This document shows, piece after piece, positions 28,106-34,028 of a stretch of DNA of 34,028 nt. The notes under the pieces are model-generated. The model was not told the DNA's origin. It ran no database searches and was given only the letters and a program-made list of their open reading frames with translations. Source of the stretch: Parachlamydiales bacterium (lineage in GTDB: Bacteria > Chlamydiota > Chlamydiia > Chlamydiales > JAJFMK01); contig CAVXVG010000025.1 of assembly GCA_963765145.1 (NCBI GenBank), forward strand, positions 1-34,028, given 5' to 3'. Numbering within the stretch: position 1 is the first letter of the stretch; each line of letters opens with the position of its first letter. Both the position numbers and the translations under genes were made by a program.

Positions 28106-30944
28106 TTATAGGCGGCTTTTGGTGGGGGAAACAAAGTGGGAAGCGTATTTTTCTTCCATGAGCTGCCTTGCAGCCTCTTTCTCCCTGTTATGGCTGATCA
28201 CTTGCTCAAAGGAAGTTTCCGGCTCTTTGGTTGTATTTAAGTTTTTGTAAAAGGTGTCGCTTGCTTCTAGCTTGTCAAATAGGTGGTGGGGGTCGCTTTT
28301 TAATGCACGAACGAAGCGCCCCAATTCCTCTTTAGACATGTGTCTAAAAATGGAAAGCTCTGATGGGTCGATACTATTTGGATTCCGCATTCCTTAACTT
28401 TTGAAGTTCTGAAAAAATGGGTTTTGCAATATAGATTTTCTCAATATTTTGGTGGCTGACGGTGTCATAGAGAACGTAGTGAGTAGATCCTGCTTCTCTT
28501 TGTTGCCTTACTCTTCGCTTTTGTATGGCCTGGTTGACATAGTCCCCTTTGATGACAATGAAAGCACCTAATTCGCCAACATAATCTTTCACGTAGTGTT
28601 TATCCAGGGCACAAAAGATTTGCCCCATCTTTGCCCATGTCCCCGAATCTGCACTAGCTTTCGTCAACTCGCTATCGCCAGCCCCCCTCTCAAAAAGATC
28701 CAACAATCCATCAAGGGCACGTGTATCTCCTTTCTTCCTATTAATCCCCCTAAATACAAAAGATCCTTTAGGCAAGTAGAGGGGGTCAAAATAACGCACA
28801 CCGCCTAATGGCATAACTTCCAGGCTAGATTGAAACTTCGAGAGCGCACGTAACTTGTCCGGGTTACGTTCATAGAACTCTTTAAAGAGCGCAGGAAGGT
28901 CTTTGTCTTTGAGATTAAGTTCAGCAAGAAGATCTAGTATTCTTCTCTTTATCACTCCTCTATTCTCATGCAAATGAAAAGGGAGAAAATTATAGAGATC
29001 AAAACTCCCACGCATCACCTTCCTCTCTTCTCCTTCTTCGTGTCGTGCATAACGATCCCAAAGCGGGCTTTTGATCACATCCCAGGCACTTAAGAGCCCC
29101 GGTTCGTACTTGATGGTGGCTAACATCTTAGCTAAAGAAAATTTCATCTCAAGTGAGGTACTTTCTTTTTTCATAAGAGGAATAAGGAAATCTAGTATTT
29201 CCCGATCCTCTATTTTAGAAGCATCATAAGAATAGAGACCCAATGCCTGCACAAATACATTTAAGATAGAAGGATCAGCCCGACCACTATTCACCAACGT
29301 CTTAAATATTTCGAAAATCCCACTCCGGTATTGGCTCTTTAAACGAACAAAGTCGAGCTCGGAAAGAGCTAAAACAGCTTCGCTTAGGATGTGCTCAGTT
29401 TCGCGATGATTGCTTTCCTCCGTAGAAATCCAAAGGGAAAAAATCAGATTGAGAAGATGGGTTTCATCAGCATCTGGATCGTGAAGGATTTGGGTTTTTT
29501 TTAACAACGTCAGAGCACTTTTAAGAACCGGAGCCGCTACCTTCCCACCCCCAGCTTGCTTTAACAGCTCGCTCACCAATTGCAAGCCTTTTCTGTCTCT
29601 GAACAAAACAAAACCCGTCATGAGATGCTGTTGATCTTGAACCGGTAGAGATAAAAATTGATCAATAGTTTCCGGGATTTGTTTCTTTCCTTTATTCAAA
29701 AAATAATCTTCAACATCTTTTATGTCGTCGCAATTTTGTATTGCAACTAATGAAACATTGTAGTCTTTAATCCTTTCTCCGTGACACGATTCGATGAGAT
29801 CCAGTACTCTTGCAAGCAACTCACCAGAAAGCTTCAATCTTTGATTCATTTTTATGGCATTTAACGCATCAATCGATAATAATTTACGCCCACTACGGCT
29901 AAAAAAATAATCTAAATAAACATCAATAAACGAATTGACATGGTCATCATCGCGAATTCTTTCTTCGAAATTATCAAAAAAATCGTAGATCAATTCCATA
30001 CTCGCATAGCGCGTAGCTTCTGACACCAGGTATTTGTTCTTATTAGCACAGAAGGCTTCCATCTTGTGGGCAGTTTTATCACCGAGGCATTTTAAACATT
30101 CAATAAATTCAACTATTCCTATAGATTTGAGTAAATCTCGACGTCTTTTCAAGTAAGATAAACAATATTCCATTGTGTAAGACGACTTATAATCTTTTGT
30201 TGAATCTATGATTTTTTGAAGATTCTTCGATGAAGAATGAGGTGAAGTGCAATAATTTACTAAAACATTATCCGAATCCGAATTAATCCATCCTCCATCT
30301 AAAGAAAGAGACATCTCTAAAAATCTATGCATTCTTTCCGGTGACAGCTGACTTTGTGCTCCAAAGAATACTTTCATTAAAAAAATACGACGTGAATCTT
30401 CAGGAACTAATTTAATAAGATTAAACAACAAATCACTTTTACCACCTGTCACATCATCTAACAGCAAATGTACAAAAAAATAAACACCGGAAATCGAATC
30501 ACGATCAAGATATTCATTAAATTTAGTTATTATAGGCGAAAAAAGTTTGGCAATTTTTTCTTCCGGAAATCCAGGAATCTTTAAGACTTCTTTAAACAGA
30601 GCAAGCGCGGCATTGTCTGTATGAACCGAAGCTACAATTCTCGTTATTACATTTTCGATGACATCCTCAACCAAAGAAAATTCTGAGGAAGAACTTTGGG
30701 ACTTTGGAAACATTTGGGCTCGAAGTTTTTGTATGTGGGCATCTGTTCCAACAAAACCGCCAAGATGAAGCTGTTGAATGTCCTTAGCAGCAAGCTCATC
30801 AGAGTTAACACGGCGGGAATTTAAAACGGATTGCAAATGCTTCCAGATTTTCAATTCGGAACTGATTTGTTTGTCTAAGGGGTCGATCTGCCCAAAAGGC
30901 TGACCATTCCACCAAGAAACTAAATAATTAAAAATCCCTGCCAT
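28106..30944 (-). CDS. Large orphan protein, paralog B (about 940 aa if the frameshift near 28380 is repaired), with possible ART-fold C-terminal domain
   Basis: ORF 28374-30968 plus 28106-28390. Paralog A reads KLRNADPNSIDPSEL straight through this junction, which shows the frameshift. Confidence 0.8.
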
Positions 30945-31129
30945 GGTTTTATATTCAAATAAAACCATTAATTTAACATTAATTACCTCGGGAAGCCGAT
31001 AATTAAGTCGGTACCTAGGGCGTTGGATCTAAGGCGATTTCGCTCTCAAAAAATTAAGGTAGAAATTGCCTTTACTCCGCAGCGCGTTTGGAGTTACTAT
31101 GTGGATATAGGGCATAGAGCTTGAGAATG

Positions 31130-31185
31130 AACCCCCTCACATTTAGGTTGTTGTTTCTAACCACAAACAATCTAAGAGGGGGGCT
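31130..31185 (+). promoter_or_regulatory. Left-end hairpin overlapping the transposase RBS
   Basis: AACCCCCTC..TTAGGTTGTT...AACAATCTAA-GAGGGGGGCT directly before ATG 31188. It could sequester the RBS (inference). Confidence 0.55.
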
Positions 31186-31187
31186 CT

Positions 31188-32276
31188 ATGGTAGACTATA
31201 CAGGCCAATCCATTTTTATTGGGATTGACGTCCATAAGAAAACTTACAGTGTAACTGCCATCTTTGATGGCACGCTCATAAAGAGGGATAAAATGGCTGC
31301 TTGTCCTCAGAAGTTAATAGAATACTGTCAGAGGTTCTTCCCTAATGCTAAGATTTTTAGCGCCTATGAAGCTGGCTTTTGCGGGTTTGGTCTTCATCGC
31401 CAATTGGTAAAAAGTGGTATCCATAACATCGTTGTACATGCCGCCTCTATCGAGGTTAAAGCAAGAGATAGAGTGAAGACTGACAAACGTGATTCTTTAA
31501 AAATCGCAACGCACCTGTCGCGTAACCAGCTAGAGTGCATCCATATTCCATCACCAGAAAGAGAAGCGACTCGGCATATATCAAGGCTGAGAGAAAAGTT
31601 TGTTCGGGATAAAACTCGCCTGGGAGTACAGATAAAAGCTTTCATGAACTTGAATGGGCTGCTTGCTTATGACGATGAAAAAAGAGTGAACCGGAAATGG
31701 ATCTCAATTTTGCTAGGTGAACTTAAAGATGATTCCGATGGATCGTTTTACCTAAGAATGATGGCCTCTAGATGGGTAGAGCTAGATGAAAGAATAACAG
31801 AGGTTGAAAAGAGACTACATGTCCAGGCTGATAATGATTGGGAACTGGAGAGAATTTATCGAAGCGTGCCAGGTATAGGTCCAATAGTCAGCCGAACACT
31901 AATCAACGAACTTGGAGATATGTCGCAATTTAAGAACGACAGGTCGTTATACAGTTTTACAGGCTTAACCCCTCAGGAATATTCATCAGGGGAGCATGTA
32001 AGGCAAGGGCACATTAGTCGCCAGGGTCGACCAGTGCTGAGAAAGATACTAGTGCAAGCTGCATGGAGAGCAATCAAGGAAGATGAGGCTCTAGCTGAAG
32101 TATTTGAGAGGATTAGCCAAAGGACAGGAAAGAAAAAGGCAATAGTGGGCATGGCAAGACGGTTAATAGGGATAATTCGAGCTTGTTTACGAGAAAAAAG
32201 GGAGTATGTATGGAGAAGAGGAACAATAAATAACATTGTTCGACCAACAGTTAAGAAACGTGTCACAGCCCTGTAG
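31188..32276 (+). CDS. IS110-family DEDD transposase/recombinase, intact
   Basis: GIDVHK, YEAG and KTDKRD RuvC-like DEDD residues. SVPGIG, GL.P..YSSG (catalytic Ser) and GHISRQG in the C-terminal Tnp domain. Confidence 0.97.
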   Translation: MVDYTGQSIFIGIDVHKKTYSVTAIFDGTLIKRDKMAACPQKLIEYCQRFFPNAKIFSAYEAGFCGFGLHRQLVKSGIHNIVVHAASIEVKARDRVKTDKRDSLKIATHLSRNQLECIHIPSPEREATRHISRLREKFVRDKTRLGVQIKAFMNLNGLLAYDDEKRVNRKWISILLGELKDDSDGSFYLRMMASRWVELDERITEVEKRLHVQADNDWELERIYRSVPGIGPIVSRTLINELGDMSQFKNDRSLYSFTGLTPQEYSSGEHVRQGHISRQGRPVLRKILVQAAWRAIKEDEALAEVFERISQRTGKKKAIVGMARRLIGIIRACLREKREYVWRRGTINNIVRPTVKKRVTAL

Positions 32277-32415
32277 ATGCGCACTTGCGGCTGCGAGAGC
32301 AGGCCGTGTTTTGGAGTTTAGGGTGTGACTTTTATTAAAAGCGTTTCGGAAGAGTAGCTTGTGGAGTCTCTGATGAGATGGTCACGAATAGCAGATTGAG
32401 CCTTTGAGCTTTAAG
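32260..32415 (+). ncRNA. Predicted bridge RNA / seekRNA with target-binding and donor-binding loops (ends approximate)
   Basis: Two stem / internal-loop / hairpin units. Loop 1 carries GCACT (32281-32285) and TTTGGAG (32310-32316), matching the two target strands. Loop 2 carries AGTAGCT (32353-32359) and ATAGCAG (32388-32394), matching the two strands of the circle junction. Confidence 0.8.
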
Positions 32416-32595
32416 AGCAATGTTAGTCTGAAAAAAATTAAGGCGATGAACTTGCCGGGTTTTGTGCTGTCAAAATTATGGTTTTAAGGGGTTTATTAAG
32501 AAAAATAAGCCATTAATTTTACATGTTTTAAGTTGATGACATACTGGTTAAAATAGGCGTGAGAGCAGGTTTTTGACAACAATCTGAGGTGGGAC

Positions 32596-32618
32596 TTGCA
32601 AAAATATCCACATAGCAG
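32596..32618 (+). promoter_or_regulatory. Outward-facing -35 box (TTGCAA) that forms a junction promoter on circularisation
   Basis: TTGCAA at 32596-32601. Joining the right end to the left end places TACTAT (31095-31100) 18 bp downstream. Confidence 0.7.
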
Positions 32619-32626
32619 TGCTAAAC

Positions 32627-32849
32627 GGCGTTGTTGCACAATGCAGAATCGAAGCAAATAAGTGAATTTTAAAGGTTTAAACCACAGAGAACACAGAGAT
32701 CACAGAGAGAGTGTAAAAATGAAACCATGCTTTGGCAATATTTTTAAGCCTATTCAGGTTTTCCGACTCTCCTCTGTGGTCTCTGTGCTCTCTGTGGTTA
32801 ATCTTTTATAATCAGAGCCTTAAATAAAAATGAATTGTGCAACAACGCC
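32627..32849. mobile_element. 223-bp IS903-like MITE with a perfect 9-bp target duplication
   Basis: TIR GGCGTTGTTGCACAAT / ATTGTGCAACAACGCC and TSD GTGCTAAAC (32618-32626, 32850-32858). Cargo is inverted tandem 9-mers ACCACAGAG-AACACAGAG-ATCACAGAG / CTCTGTGGT-CTCTGTGCT-CTCTGTGGT. Confidence 0.9.
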
Positions 32850-32914
32850 GTGCTAAACTCCTGTTTAGCTTTGACTTATCAGTGAAAAGTGAAAGCTAAA
32901 CAGGAGTTTAGCAC
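32850..32914. repeat. Core of repeat 'A', both arms hit by IS903-like insertions
   Basis: GTGCTAAACTCCTGTTTAGCTTT...AAAGCTAAACAGGAGTTTAGCAC, matching 1429-1480. Confidence 0.85.
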
Positions 32915-34028
32915 GGCGTTGTTGCACGATACCCCTGACACGCTGCTAAAAGGCATGTCAAAAAAAAATGCATGAAGTAATCTGTTTTCGACTAAAAAAA
33001 GGGAAACTACTTCATGCAAGCTAGCGCAAACTATCAAATTCGCAACTGGGCCGATTATAACAAAGCTCTGATCCAAAGGGGAAGCATAACTATTTGGATC
33101 GAGGAAAACGCTCTAGGAAAGTGGCTGTCTCATAAACATACAAAATCTGCTGGAAGACCGGAGACATACTCAGATGACGCCATCCTGATGTTGTTGGTTT
33201 TAAGGGAGCGATTCAACCTAACATTGAGAAGTCTGCAAGGTTTTGCCGCATCCATATTCTTGCTAATGAGGTTATTTCTAACAATTCCTTGTTATTCACA
33301 AATCTGCCGAAGAGCAAAGACTCTCCATAAGAGCATTAAACGCCTAAGTAATGGGCCTGCCAGGCACATTATTTTAGATTCTACCGGCCTTAAGGTGCAT
33401 GGAGAGGGAGAATGGAAAGTTAGGACTCACGGCAAAAGTAAACGACGTATTTGGAGAAATTTCATATTGCGATTGACGCTGAAACACAAGATATAGTTGT
33501 TTGCGAATTAACAGATCATAGTACTGGAGAGGCAGAGCCAGCAGTAAGGATGCTCGACAAGATCCGAGGGAAAATAGATACGGTGCGTGGAGATGGTGCT
33601 TATGACCCAAATGTAGTGAGGGAGAAAATACATCAAAAAGGGGCCAGAGCCATTATTCCTCCACCAAGACACGCAAGGATTAAGGGAGCCAAAGAAGGAT
33701 GGGTAAAGGATCGAGATACAGACATAGCGAGAATACATGCTCTGGGGGATAGAGATACTGGTAGGCGACCCTGGAAAGAGGAAGTTGAGTATTACAAAAG
33801 GTCATTAGTAGAGACTTCCATGTTTCGAGTAAAAACGATGTTGGGTGATGAACTAAAATCACGCACATTAGAGACTCAACGCACTGAAGCGTTTTGCAAG
33901 TGCCTAGTAATCAATAAAATGAATAGTCTAGGAATGCCGAAGGGCGTTTGGGTAAAAAAATAAATTAGGATAGAAAAAGACCTTGTAAGGGGGTCGAAAA
34001 TTGTTTTACTTAATTGTGCAACAGGGCC
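32915..34028 (+). mobile_element. IS5 family, IS903 group insertion sequence (about 1114 bp; right flank outside the window)
   Basis: Ends GGCGTTGTTGCAC / GTGCAACAGGGCC resemble IS903-type GGCTTTGTTG termini. Preceded by GTTTAGCAC, the reverse complement of GTGCTAAAC. Confidence 0.9.
33014..33963 (+). CDS. IS903-group DDE transposase, frameshifted near 33458
   Basis: YQIRNWADYNKALIQRGSITIW, GRP..YSD.AI, DSTGLKV.GEGEWKVR.HG, WR/KFHIAID, DGAYD and YYKRSLVETSMFRVK. Confidence 0.92.

Larger units (their letters stand above)
31094..32618 (+). mobile_element. Complete IS110-family element of IS1111 type (about 1.5 kb)
   Basis: Perfect 12-bp sub-terminal IRs CTATGTGGATAT (31097-31108) / ATATCCACATAG (32604-32615). 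AG(T) core at both junctions (31092-31094, 32617-32619). Removal restores TTTGGAGTGCTAAAC, the empty site seen at 27929-27943 and 5991-6005. Short left end, long right non-coding end. Confidence 0.95.

Noticed and set aside
28038..28250. 70-aa plus-strand ORF and other short antisense ORFs within 24765-30968
   Set aside because: They overlap REP DNA or lie antisense to the large paralogs.
24765..30968. Diversity-generating retroelement template/variable repeat pair
   Set aside because: Differences between the copies are not confined to adenines, the similarity spans whole genes, and no reverse transcriptase is present.
31394..32284. Minus-strand ORFs 31394-31645 and 31973-32284 as IS accessory genes
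   Set aside because: Antisense shadows of the transposase with no motifs.
32361..32367. GTGGAGT as a second target guide in the bridge RNA
   Set aside because: It falls in the predicted inner hairpin stem of the donor loop and matches the target less well than TTTGGAG at 32310-32316.
32681..32930. CRISPR array suggested by clustered repeats
   Set aside because: The repeats are inverted or 9-bp tandem units with no constant repeat / unique spacer periodicity, and no cas genes are in the window.
1..34028. tRNA or rRNA genes
   Set aside because: No cloverleaf with a T-loop GTTCRA signature and no rRNA-like segment recognised in the intergenic regions by eye. tRNAscan-SE or Infernal would be needed to exclude them formally.

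Overview
This 34 kb low-GC bacterial window is most likely from an environmental Chlamydiota (Parachlamydiales-like) genome; that is an inference from the style of PheT, RplM, RpsI and MiaB and the orphan effector-like genes. Housekeeping genes (pncB 3' end, pncA, ogt, pheT, rpsI, rplM, hemJ, miaB) are interleaved with accessory DNA: three toxin-antitoxin pairs, an AAA ATPase, a trypsin-like protease, two convergent NB-ARC/TPR genes, a degenerate Cu/Zn-SOD homolog and two tandem paralog pairs, one with a possible ADP-ribosyltransferase-fold C-terminus. The best signal is an intact IS1111-type (IS110 family) element at 31094-32618. Its downstream non-coding end folds by eye into a two-loop bridge/seek RNA whose guide segments match both its insertion target (TTTGG-AG-TGC, inside a REP-like repeat) and its own circle junction. 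An empty paralogous target sits at 27929-27943. The same repeat is also hit by an IS903-group IS5 element and its MITEs (9-bp target GTGCTAAAC), which themselves carry further palindromes. Many accessory genes have single-base frameshifts, which could be sequencing or assembly error or pseudogenisation.
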